Assembly (NCBI GenBank): GCA_910579575.1
Contig: CAJTUM010000004.1
Span: 80,839-112,838 of the forward strand
Length of the DNA stretch: 32,000 nucleotides
Origin: an uncultured Eubacteriales bacterium
Lineage (GTDB): Bacteria; Bacillota; Clostridia; Oscillospirales; Butyricicoccaceae
Reading direction: 5' to 3'
The position numbers and the translations under genes are program-made. This document shows positions 8,251 through 16,611 of this stretch, piece by piece; the stretch's first letter is position 1; each line of letters begins with the position of its first letter. The notes below the pieces were generated by a model. It had not been told where the DNA came from. It saw nothing but the letters and a program-made list of their open reading frames with translations, and ran no database searches.

Positions 8251-10127
8251 TACAATACCTTCCTCACGGTCTCAGGGCTATACGCAGCAAAAATCTGCTC
8301 AAAGTTCGTGGCTACGCTGTCGCTGGCCATGGAACTGTCCCGCATAACGAAATAATAGGGTTTTTGCTTTGCAATTTCGGTGATTACCTCATCGGTCACA
8401 GCCTCGTCAAAACAGGCAATCAGGTAGTTGCCCTCCACTTTGAACACTCGCTTGCCGGCAATGGCGCTTTCCTCAATCTTACTGGAGAGCAGTACGCCCA
8501 AATCCAGCATGACTTGGAACAGTAAATCCTCCGGTGTTCTATCCTCTTTGATGTTATCCTCAAGGCTGCTGAACAGAGAGGCTTCATAATCGGCGGGGTT
8601 GTAGTAGACATCTTTCATGTTGGAACTATCGCATTTCAGCACACGGAAGCCGATATCAAGGCCATGTGCGGTGAGCCCGGCTTCTTCCTTGATTTTCGCA
8701 CCGGCACGACGAATACGCTCTTTGCCGATTTCGCAGATATTCTTGTAACCGGCTTTATAAGCCTCGCTTTTCTCATCTGTTTCTTCGGGAAGCTGAACCA
8801 TAATAAACTTGCGGTGTCCACCATCCTCAGCGTTGAGCTGCATAACTGCGTGGGCTGTGGTGGAAGAACCAGAGAAGAAATCCAACACAATAGAATCGCT
8901 GTTAGCCGCAATTCTAATCATCTGCTTAATATACTCTACCGGTTTCGGAAAATCAAACAACTTCTCATCGTCAAAAAGTGCCTTAACTTCTCTTGTTGCC
9001 GACTGATTATGTCCCACTTCTTCTGCAAGCCAAAGTGTGCTTGGTGTTCTTCCATCTTGGACATCGGAAAGAAATCTCTTTTTTCGTGGAAATGAATTCC
9101 CATCGCTCCCAAACCAAATTTGCCCATCTACGACCAGCTTCTCCAAGTTTTCTTTAGAATAGACCCAATGCTTCCCAGCCGGGACATCAAATTCCTTCCC
9201 CGTCTTGGGGCTTCTAATAATAAAATGACCGTTGCTTCTTTCTCCGCTCGCAACCAAATCTCCCGATTGCCAAGGCCCTCTTGGATCACCATCAGGATTT
9301 TTATATCGGTCATTCATTTCATTTGTTCGTGGAAGAAGATTTATGTGAATCTGGTTAATACTTTTCGAGTAAACGACTGCGTACTCATGATTCTCAGATA
9401 GATACTTAGCGTCATTTTTTATGCTGTGGATTTTTTGCCAAACAATTGTTGCAACAAAATTGGCCTCACCGAACACATCATCACACAGAACTCGCATATT
9501 TCTTAACTCGTTGTCATCAATACTGATAATAATGATTCCATCATCTGTCAGTAAATCTTTTGCGAGTTTCAACCGTGGATATAGCATATTCAGCCAGTCT
9601 GTGTGAAAGCGCCCATTACTTTCGGTGTTCTGCACCAGCCGGTTGCCGTCCTCGTCAAACTGCCCACTGTCTTCAAGGTACTCGTCCACACTCTCGGCAA
9701 AGTCATCGTTGTATACAAAGTCATTGCCGGTGTTGTAGGGCGGGTCTATGTAAATCATTTTGATTTTGCCCAGATAAGTCTCCTGAAGCAGCTTCAGCAC
9801 TTCCAGATTATCGCCCTCAATATAGAGGTTTTCTGTGGTATCAAAGTCCACGCTTTCCTCTCTGCAAGGTCTAAGCGTCTTGTTAATCGGAGCATTGGCA
9901 AGCAGGACAGACTTCCTCTTATCTGGCCAGGTAAACTGATAGCGCTCCTCCCGACCCTCCACTACCTTGGTGGAAATCTCCTGCATCAGCATATCCTTAT
10001 CAATGGCTCGGACGACCTCGCCGGTGGCCTCGTCAATGGTTTCCGTCACTGCATTGGGAAACAGCGCCGCCAGCTTCTTGAAGTTTTCATCCGCTCTATT
10101 TGCAGTCATCATCTTAAGCTTGTCCAT
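8250..10127 (-). CDS. mod: Type III DNA methyltransferase Mod subunit (N6-adenine/N4-cytosine, beta-class)
   Basis: Motif IV DPPY (9735-9746) in KMIYIDPPYNTGNDF. AdoMet motif I VLDFFSGSSTTAHAV lies C-terminal to it, as expected for the beta permutation. Start MDKLKMMTANRAD at 10127 follows a GGAGGAG RBS; the track start at 10208 is less likely. Confidence 0.9.
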   Translation of the reverse strand: MDKLKMMTANRADENFKKLAALFPNAVTETIDEATGEVVRAIDKDMLMQEISTKVVEGREERYQFTWPDKRKSVLLANAPINKTLRPCREESVDFDTTENLYIEGDNLEVLKLLQETYLGKIKMIYIDPPYNTGNDFVYNDDFAESVDEYLEDSGQFDEDGNRLVQNTESNGRFHTDWLNMLYPRLKLAKDLLTDDGIIIISIDDNELRNMRVLCDDVFGEANFVATIVWQKIHSIKNDAKYLSENHEYAVVYSKSINQIHINLLPRTNEMNDRYKNPDGDPRGPWQSGDLVASGERSNGHFIIRSPKTGKEFDVPAGKHWVYSKENLEKLVVDGQIWFGSDGNSFPRKKRFLSDVQDGRTPSTLWLAEEVGHNQSATREVKALFDDEKLFDFPKPVEYIKQMIRIAANSDSIVLDFFSGSSTTAHAVMQLNAEDGGHRKFIMVQLPEETDEKSEAYKAGYKNICEIGKERIRRAGAKIKEEAGLTAHGLDIGFRVLKCDSSNMKDVYYNPADYEASLFSSLEDNIKEDRTPEDLLFQVMLDLGVLLSSKIEESAIAGKRVFKVEGNYLIACFDEAVTDEVITEIAKQKPYYFVMRDSSMASDSVATNFEQIFAAYSPETVRKVL

Positions 10128-11913
10128 TATGGTCTCCTCCATTATTCCAGAAGTGGTATATTGGGAATTGCTTGAATTTGCTTTGAATAGCAGCAGGCAA
10201 CTTCTCAAAGTGAATCTCAGCGGCAGTTTGTTGCTCTAAAAGGAGATATGCTCCAACGATTGTTTCTTCTCCGACGCCAGGTGTCTCTATAAGACGATAG
10301 AGTTCTTTTTTCTCCTCTTCTTCCAGTTCCCTTTGCCGCTTCTTAATCTGCAAATCATTCAAAGTCCTTATTGGGTAAGGCAGCTCTTCTTCCGAGGCTG
10401 TCTTTATCCAGTCGGAAAAGGATATAGCTGTAGCAAGCATTTCAGGCTTTGAGCTTATATCATAGGCATTCAAAATTTCCAGCAAAAGATAATTTGCTCG
10501 TGTCATCGTTTCTTTGTTACGCTCAGTCTTTTGAAAGGATGGCAGTAGAACATCATATCGAATATTATCCGCTTCAAGGAAATCCTTGGCTCTGAGATTG
10601 AAATACTGAGAAGTTGTCAATTTTTCACCTTTCTTGTCCTCGTAAACACAGAGCAACTCTGTTGTAAAGAAATCCGATATTCTGTACGCATCACCCTCGT
10701 CTCCGTCCTTGAACAGGCATACAACAAATCGCAAATTGCCAACTTCCAATGTCAAGACAGGTGGCAGATCTTTTTTGAGACCACCTACCGGTTCATTATC
10801 AATTATCCCTTTTATTAAAATATTAATATTATTCCAATCCTTAGCCTGTAATGACTTCAGGTCAATATCTCTCTCACACCCGAACCGGTCGAGCAATTGG
10901 ACAATCTTTTTAAAGTAGACCAATCGTCCTCTCATTTCATCTCTTGGGAAGTTGGAAAAATCAGCGCTATCAATATTAAAGGGGAAAGATGCTCCATTAT
11001 ATGTGAAGCTTTTATTATCTATCAGAGCCAGAATAAAGCTCAGGTCAACTGTAAGTGCTCTTAGATTGTGAGTGCCTTTATAATTGAACTTAACCGCTTT
11101 ACTCTCCACTTGAGTAGTAATTGAAAAACTTTCTCCAAAGAGAGTTCTGATTGTTTTACCATCTCGGACAACTCTTACTCTTGTATAGAAAAGTTGCTCT
11201 CCCACCATGATGCGAGCATCCTTTTCTTCATGTACCACCAATCTTTGCGGAATTGCCTCAATCGGTTGTGGAATCACTCCTCCTTTGATATTTGCATACA
11301 GATAAACCTCATTTGTTAACAGGGCTGTTTGTGGATCAACGCCACCAACGCTTGTAACTGAAAGAGTAACACTTTCTAATGTACCCTGTTGCTCAAGCTC
11401 CTCAATTGAGTAAAGATTTGCTTTAGCAAAGCTTGCCTGGCGTCGGCAATCCTCCCAGCAGTTAATGACAATCATCTCTTTTTTATTATTGTCCGACGGG
11501 AATCTGTTAAGTTTGATGCTCTTTGATGCTTGTCCCTTCGCTTCTTCAAGGAGCATCCTGATTTTGATGGGAGTTAAGCTCGCATAATATATCTGAATGT
11601 TTTGTCCGCTATGCCCAATATAGACTACAAAAAAGATAACACCGCCATCGTCAAGGTAGCTATTGAGTTCGATGATAGAAACAGGAAACGATATCTCTTC
11701 CTTTGAAAGATCATCCTTTTCCGTTCCTTTAACCTGAACCGGAATCCTTCTTACTCCATCCTTCGTTTTACGCTTATCTCTGTAAATATAGATATGACCA
11801 TCCCATGTTGGCTCCTTATCGTTATCATTTATAAATGGACTAAGAAGTTCGCACACAGTTATGCTATTTTTTACCGCACTAATTGCAAGGTCTTCTATCG
11901 CTTTCTTGTCCAT
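10114..11913 (-). CDS. 599-aa protein with a DUF4365-like PD-(D/E)xK nuclease-fold N-terminus and a large uncharacterised C-terminal region
   Basis: N-terminus has E..(x)..PTWDGHIYIY..(x)..RIPVQVKGT (Asp codon 11800-11802, QVK ending at 11728), the D...QxK pattern of DUF4365/restriction-endonuclease-like domains. GAGGTGA RBS. The stop overlaps the mod start by 14 nt. Markedly AT-rich. Confidence 0.6.
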   Translation of the reverse strand: MDKKAIEDLAISAVKNSITVCELLSPFINDNDKEPTWDGHIYIYRDKRKTKDGVRRIPVQVKGTEKDDLSKEEISFPVSIIELNSYLDDGGVIFFVVYIGHSGQNIQIYYASLTPIKIRMLLEEAKGQASKSIKLNRFPSDNNKKEMIVINCWEDCRRQASFAKANLYSIEELEQQGTLESVTLSVTSVGGVDPQTALLTNEVYLYANIKGGVIPQPIEAIPQRLVVHEEKDARIMVGEQLFYTRVRVVRDGKTIRTLFGESFSITTQVESKAVKFNYKGTHNLRALTVDLSFILALIDNKSFTYNGASFPFNIDSADFSNFPRDEMRGRLVYFKKIVQLLDRFGCERDIDLKSLQAKDWNNINILIKGIIDNEPVGGLKKDLPPVLTLEVGNLRFVVCLFKDGDEGDAYRISDFFTTELLCVYEDKKGEKLTTSQYFNLRAKDFLEADNIRYDVLLPSFQKTERNKETMTRANYLLLEILNAYDISSKPEMLATAISFSDWIKTASEEELPYPIRTLNDLQIKKRQRELEEEEKKELYRLIETPGVGEETIVGAYLLLEQQTAAEIHFEKLPAAIQSKFKQFPIYHFWNNGGDHNGQA

Positions 11914-11918
11914 TCATA

Positions 11919-12518
11919 TCACCTCAACAGTCCCTTTAGCTTGTTTACCTGCTGCACCAACTCAAACTTCTTCTTCGGCTGCTTCTCAGCCCTTGCCAGC
12001 TTTTCCAGCCTTGCTATTTCCTTTTCTAGTTTCTGCCTCTTCTCATCTTCCACAATTTGCTCATCCAGAGAACGGCCTTTCTCAACCGTCACATCACCAA
12101 CAGTGACAACAACATTTTCCCAAACCCTGTCGAGGTCAAGACCATGAAGTTCTATCTGCTGGGTAGCAGTAGTTTTCCACTCCGACTGCATCAGCTTTGT
12201 ATGGTAGATTGCAAGCCTGCTCTGTCCATCGTGTTCAAGGACAAAAAGGATATTCTGTGGAATCAGCTTTGAGAGCATCCCTATTGTCCGTTCCTCATAG
12301 TCCTTTCTTTTGAGGGACACCAAAAGGACAAAAAAGCTCTTTACTTCCTCCCCCGCAGGAATGTTGACCTTTGACGGCGTAATCTCATTGACAATACTGA
12401 TTTTTGAAATGTCAGCGTCTATCTTGGCTTTTGCTGCTGTGTTCATCTGAAACTTGGCATAGATCGCTTTCTTGGGAAGCTGTTTATTCATTTCTGTTGC
12501 CTTTGGCAGCCCAAGCAT
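11919..12518 (-). CDS. DUF4391-like protein with a C-terminal coiled-coil tail
   Basis: About 200 aa. MLGLPKATEMNKQLPKKAIYAKF...ISKISIVNEITPSKVNIP...FVLLVSLKRKDY...IPQNILFVLEH matches my memory of DUF4391, a family usually found next to SNF2 helicases and methyltransferases. Lies 4 nt after the helicase stop with a GGTGAGGTGA RBS. Confidence 0.6.
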   Translation of the reverse strand: MLGLPKATEMNKQLPKKAIYAKFQMNTAAKAKIDADISKISIVNEITPSKVNIPAGEEVKSFFVLLVSLKRKDYEERTIGMLSKLIPQNILFVLEHDGQSRLAIYHTKLMQSEWKTTATQQIELHGLDLDRVWENVVVTVGDVTVEKGRSLDEQIVEDEKRQKLEKEIARLEKLARAEKQPKKKFELVQQVNKLKGLLR

Positions 12519-12522
12519 GGTT

Positions 12523-15500
12523 TCACCTCACCACTAAGAAACATATCAATTCAAAATCATCGAGTCCTTTAATTTCATTGGAGAGGAAGCTCACTTGACC
12601 GCCGCCCAGGAAGCTGTCAATGTCGCTCTCTTCCTTCACTTCTATGATGGAGGCTATCGCCTGCCCAAGCAGTTTTGAAAGCTGGGACATATCTCTGCCG
12701 TCCCGAGTTTCCTTGTTAAACTGCCGGTACACTTCGGGAATCGGCTCTGTCTTTCCCTTACACAGCAGGCGCATCTTGTCCAGCATCTGTTTAGGGGAGA
12801 GGTGGTCACAAATCACTTCACCATCGTTACTGATATACACCATGTAAAACGGGTGGAGCCTGTTCTGGTTATCAATATTCACGCTGTCCGAACGGTTTTT
12901 TAGAACATAGACTACGCCTGCCGGAGCATCCTCGGTTGCTGGAACCACCGCATTGAGGCCGAAGGGGGCCTTTTCAATATCAGGATGGTTTTTTATATAC
13001 TCCAACAGGTCAAGGCGAAACTCATTGAGACCCAAATCCATAATAGAAATGCCGGAGGTCATATCCTCAATATCAACGACCTCATCTTGCAGCTTCCGCA
13101 GCTGCGCCTTTCGATACTCCAGATCGGTCTTTTCCTCATCGCTCAAAATGTTATCGTCACCGGTCGCTGTCATGTCCACGATTTTCATTCGTGTCTCGAC
13201 CTTGGCTTTCAGGTTTATGTAGTCATCAAGCGTTACATTAGGCCAGAAGTTTACAAGCTGAATCACATTGTTTCTGCTGCCGATACGGTCGATTCGCCCA
13301 AACCGCTGGATAATACGGACAGGATTCCAGTGTATATCGTAGTTTATTAGGTAGTCGCAATCTTGCAAGTTCTGACCTTCCGAAATACAGTCTGTAGCAA
13401 TGAGAATATCAATATCCTCTTTGGGTATGCTTTCAAAAAGGTCTCTGTCCTTGGAGATGGGCGAGAAGCAGGTCAGAACTGTATTCAAATCGCTTCGGAG
13501 TTTCGGACATGTGGTTCGTCCGTCAACGGTGCCGGAGACCATTGCCGTATTGATATTGTATTTTGCTTTTGCATACCCGCTGATATTGTCATAGAGATAC
13601 CCTGCTGTGTCCGCAAAGGCCGTGAAGATAATAATCTTTCTATTCCCTTCATTGATGGGATGTGCAATTTTGTCATCAATCACGCTGAGTAGCTTTTGCA
13701 GTTTAGAGTCATGCTCAGGGGTAATGTCTCCTACCATGACAGTGAGCAGCTCCAGCACCTCGGCGTCTTTGGACAGGCTGTCTCTCCATGACAGATAATC
13801 CATATCCACAAGGTCAATCTTCACTTTCCGGCCAAGGGAAAACAAATCCTCGGTATTCTGATCCTCGTCGTCAAACTCGTCGATATCAGAAATATCCGTC
13901 AGGTCAAGGTTCAAGCCGGATTGCTTGTCAAATTGGTCGATTGTGCTGATCGTGCTCTCAATAAGCTGCTTTATGCGCTTCAGCGTCAGGTTAAAAGAGA
14001 AAACCGAACTCTCCATGCGTTTCATCAAATTGATTGCTGTCAGCCGCCGGATGCCCTGTTCACGGTTGGCCTGCGTGAAGCCCACATTGACTTTGTTATC
14101 CCCATACAGCTCAGCATATTTGTCCATCTTGCTCGGGAGGATATAGTGCGTCGGCGTGTAGATCGTCAGCGTGAGAAGCATAAGTTGCTCGAATATCTCA
14201 TTGTAATTGATGGCCGACTCTAAATCCGTGAGGTTCGGTCTATGGGAAATCGGGATAAGTCTTGTGGGAAATGTGCCCACATCGCTGGTGTCATAATACT
14301 TCTGAATATGCTTTCTGGAACGGGCAATGGTAACGCTGTCCAGAACCTCGAAAAAATCAAAGTCCAGCATTTTAAGCAGGTTTTCTGTTGTCCGATCCTC
14401 CGGTGCCCATTTGCTCCAGGTGTTAAATGCCCGCTGAGCGTTTCTGAATATCTCATCAATGGAGCGTGAAGTATTGAGCTTATCGTCTATAAAGTCAGTG
14501 TGGCCCTCGTAGGCAAGCGCAAGCTGGTTCTTCAGGTCAAGAAACTTGTTGTTGACGGGGGTAGCCGAGAGCATGAGGACTTTTGTCTTGACGCCGGCCC
14601 TGATTACCTTTTTCATCAAAGTGACATAGCGGTTATCTCTATCGCTCTCATCGGGATTCTCGATGATCTTGCCGCCGTTTCTGAAATTATGAGACTCATC
14701 AATGACTACGAGATCATAATTGCTCCAGTTGATTCTGTTTAAATCTATTCCGTTGGAGAATCCACTCGTTCTGTTGAGATCAGTATGGTATAGGACATCA
14801 TAACGGAGCCGGTCTGCGGCAATTGGGTTATTGATATAGTTGTCCTTGTATGTATTCCAGTTGTTAGCAAGTTTTTTCGGGCATAAAACGAGAACTGTCT
14901 TGTTGCGATTTTCGTAATACTTGATTACCGAAAGTGCCGTAAAGGTTTTTCCCAAGCCAACGCTGTCTGCCAAAATACAACCGTTGTACTTTTCCAACTT
15001 ATTGATGATTGCCAGGGCAGCATCCTTTTGGAAATTGTAGAGCATATTCCAAATCTTACTGTCCTTGAACCCCGTTGCTTCATTTGGTAGCACATCTTCG
15101 GATACATCTTCAAGAAACTCATTAAAAATGTTATAGAGGGTAACAAAGTAAATGAAATCAGGGGAGTTTTCGTTATAGGCAGCGGTAATGCTGTCGATAA
15201 CCTCCTCTGTCACATCCTGTAACACTCGTTTGTCATTCCAGATTTCATTGAAGTCCTTAATAAGTGTTTGCGCTAAGGATTGATCCTTTACGATTGTCGT
15301 GCTAATGACATTTCCTTTTTCACAGCCGAGTTCAACGGTTGTAAAATTGTTGATTGGAGTATAGCCGACATCGCCTACAACCATCTGCCCTTGAATGGAC
15401 TTATCACTGACATTTGATTTGAATGTAACTTTGTTTCTGATCCAATCTGCACATTCTTTTGCAATCGCCTTCTGAGTCAGTTCATTTCGCAGTTTAATTT

Positions 15501-15762
15501 CAAACTCAGTTCCATACAAACTCCGCTCTCGGTTTAGACGGGGAATATAAAACTCCCGCTTTTCTTTCCTTGCTTTTTCTGCTACGAAGGTCGGAGAGGT
15601 AAATATGAAGCGCAACTCGTTTATGGAGCTGAGCTGTGCTTTCAGCTCCTCAAAAGCATAGATTGAGAAGCAAGCCGCTGCAATAGAAAGTTTGCTCCCT
15701 GGTTTTATCTCGACGGACAAATCATCTTTTAGCGTTTTTGTCGTATTATTGATTAGCTCCAT
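12523..15762 (-). CDS. SNF2-family (SF2) helicase/translocase with an N-terminal extension of about 240 aa
   Basis: Motif I ADSVGLGKT (GLGKT 14944-14958), motif II VVIDESHNFRN (DESH 14689-14700), motif III MLSATPVNN, motif VI QRFGRIDRIGS. AGGAGA RBS 7 nt before the ATG at 15762. No HxK(x)4D motif seen in the N-terminal extension. Confidence 0.9.
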   Translation of the reverse strand: MELINNTTKTLKDDLSVEIKPGSKLSIAAACFSIYAFEELKAQLSSINELRFIFTSPTFVAEKARKEKREFYIPRLNRERSLYGTEFEIKLRNELTQKAIAKECADWIRNKVTFKSNVSDKSIQGQMVVGDVGYTPINNFTTVELGCEKGNVISTTIVKDQSLAQTLIKDFNEIWNDKRVLQDVTEEVIDSITAAYNENSPDFIYFVTLYNIFNEFLEDVSEDVLPNEATGFKDSKIWNMLYNFQKDAALAIINKLEKYNGCILADSVGLGKTFTALSVIKYYENRNKTVLVLCPKKLANNWNTYKDNYINNPIAADRLRYDVLYHTDLNRTSGFSNGIDLNRINWSNYDLVVIDESHNFRNGGKIIENPDESDRDNRYVTLMKKVIRAGVKTKVLMLSATPVNNKFLDLKNQLALAYEGHTDFIDDKLNTSRSIDEIFRNAQRAFNTWSKWAPEDRTTENLLKMLDFDFFEVLDSVTIARSRKHIQKYYDTSDVGTFPTRLIPISHRPNLTDLESAINYNEIFEQLMLLTLTIYTPTHYILPSKMDKYAELYGDNKVNVGFTQANREQGIRRLTAINLMKRMESSVFSFNLTLKRIKQLIESTISTIDQFDKQSGLNLDLTDISDIDEFDDEDQNTEDLFSLGRKVKIDLVDMDYLSWRDSLSKDAEVLELLTVMVGDITPEHDSKLQKLLSVIDDKIAHPINEGNRKIIIFTAFADTAGYLYDNISGYAKAKYNINTAMVSGTVDGRTTCPKLRSDLNTVLTCFSPISKDRDLFESIPKEDIDILIATDCISEGQNLQDCDYLINYDIHWNPVRIIQRFGRIDRIGSRNNVIQLVNFWPNVTLDDYINLKAKVETRMKIVDMTATGDDNILSDEEKTDLEYRKAQLRKLQDEVVDIEDMTSGISIMDLGLNEFRLDLLEYIKNHPDIEKAPFGLNAVVPATEDAPAGVVYVLKNRSDSVNIDNQNRLHPFYMVYISNDGEVICDHLSPKQMLDKMRLLCKGKTEPIPEVYRQFNKETRDGRDMSQLSKLLGQAIASIIEVKEESDIDSFLGGGQVSFLSNEIKGLDDFELICFLVVR

Positions 15763-15825
15763 TTTATTATCTCCTAAATTGTTAGATAATTTGGAATATC
15801 ACAAATACAAATCTATATAGCTGAC

Positions 15826-16035
15826 TCAATCTGCTCGGAACTCCATAATATCATCAGCACGACAATCTAATGCCCTGCATATTTTACCCACCACCTCTGT
15901 AGATACTGCTTCGTCTCTACCCAGCTTCTTTACTGTATAGGAAGTGAGTCCGGCAAGCTCTGCCAAGTCTTTCTTTTTCATATCCCTATCCAAGAGAATA
16001 TGCCAGAGTTTCTTATAGCTAACAGCCATCTTCAT
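15826..16035 (-). CDS. Small XRE-type HTH DNA-binding protein, candidate controller (C-protein-like) of the downstream operon
   Basis: KKKDLAELAGLTSYTVKKLGRDEAVSTEVVGKICRALDC is an HTH_26/HTH_3-like signature. 69 aa, or 67 aa if the second ATG at 16029 is used, which has better spacing from AAGGAGAG. Lies 63 nt upstream of the SNF2 gene on the same strand. Confidence 0.8.
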   Translation of the reverse strand: MKMAVSYKKLWHILLDRDMKKKDLAELAGLTSYTVKKLGRDEAVSTEVVGKICRALDCRADDIMEFRAD

Positions 16036-16061
16036 CTCTCCTTAGCGATTGACATGGGCTA

Positions 16062-16090
16062 ATTATAGCATATTACAGTCGAAACAACAA
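16062..16090 (-). promoter_or_regulatory. Sigma-A type promoter reading leftward into the HTH gene and the defence operon
   Basis: On the minus strand: TTGTTG (16090-16085), 17-nt spacer, TATAAT (16067-16062). This is about 25 nt upstream of the HTH start codon. Confidence 0.5.
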
Positions 16091-16134
16091 CCTCACAGTC
16101 AGTATTTCGCCCCTTTGGGTCGAAAAAAATGAAC

Positions 16135-16599
16135 CTATGGCTCCAAATACTTTGGATGGAGAAGTCTGCCGTTGCGATATACGGCGTGTGTATAGTAATC
16201 AAGGTTAAGCTGTATCTTAAATCCATTTATGTTTGGCTCGACAGAAATGCAGTCTGCCATTTTGATAATTGGCATAAGCATGAGTAGCTCTGGGCCTCCA
16301 TCAAAGAAATAGTAAACCATAATGTTGCAGTCGCTTTGAAGGATTTTCGTATCAAGCTCATATGCCTCACCCGTTCTGATTGCAAGCTGGATAAAAGCAC
16401 CTGCTTGCTCAATGCGCTCTGGCAAAGGCACAAGGACAGTGTTTTCGACTAACTCCCTATAAAACTCTTCAAATGTTGGTGTTGGGCTTGGCACATAATC
16501 GGGTAAGCTTTCCAATTCCTTTTGATATTCTTCTAACCCCTTCATTTCCTCTTCAAAGCTCTTATGCGGGTAGTGCTTCTCATAGATTATTTCAGACAT
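16135..16599 (-). CDS. Hypothetical protein (about 154 aa), no family recognised
   Basis: ORF directly follows the SLOG gene. ATG at 16599 (MSEIIYEKHY) lies 8 nt after GGTGG; the GTG at 16611 abuts the upstream stop. Confidence 0.65.
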   Translation of the reverse strand: MSEIIYEKHYPHKSFEEEMKGLEEYQKELESLPDYVPSPTPTFEEFYRELVENTVLVPLPERIEQAGAFIQLAIRTGEAYELDTKILQSDCNIMVYYFFDGGPELLMLMPIIKMADCISVEPNINGFKIQLNLDYYTHAVYRNGRLLHPKYLEP

Positions 16600-16611
16600 A
16601 CTTCTTACCAC

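Noticed and set aside
8250-10127. Phase-variable simple sequence repeat in mod, as in many type III phasevarions
   Set aside because: No tetra- or pentanucleotide repeat tract, and no homopolymer of 8 or more, is visible in the mod coding sequence or its 5' region.
3836-15762. Classifying the operon as DISARM or BREX because it has an SNF2 helicase plus a methyltransferase
   Set aside because: I see no DUF1998-helicase (DrmA/DrmB), PLD (DrmC), PglZ, BrxC or Lon-like proteins. Mod and Res carry classical type III motifs (DPPY, DEPQ helicase, PD-ExK). This still needs HMM confirmation.
16100-16128. Hairpin TTTCGCCCC-ttt-GGGTCGAAA next to an A7 run, considered as terminator of the 154-aa gene
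   Set aside because: On the minus strand the T-run precedes the stem rather than following it. On the + strand the stem is followed by A residues. The stem also has a mismatch. It is not a canonical intrinsic terminator in either direction.
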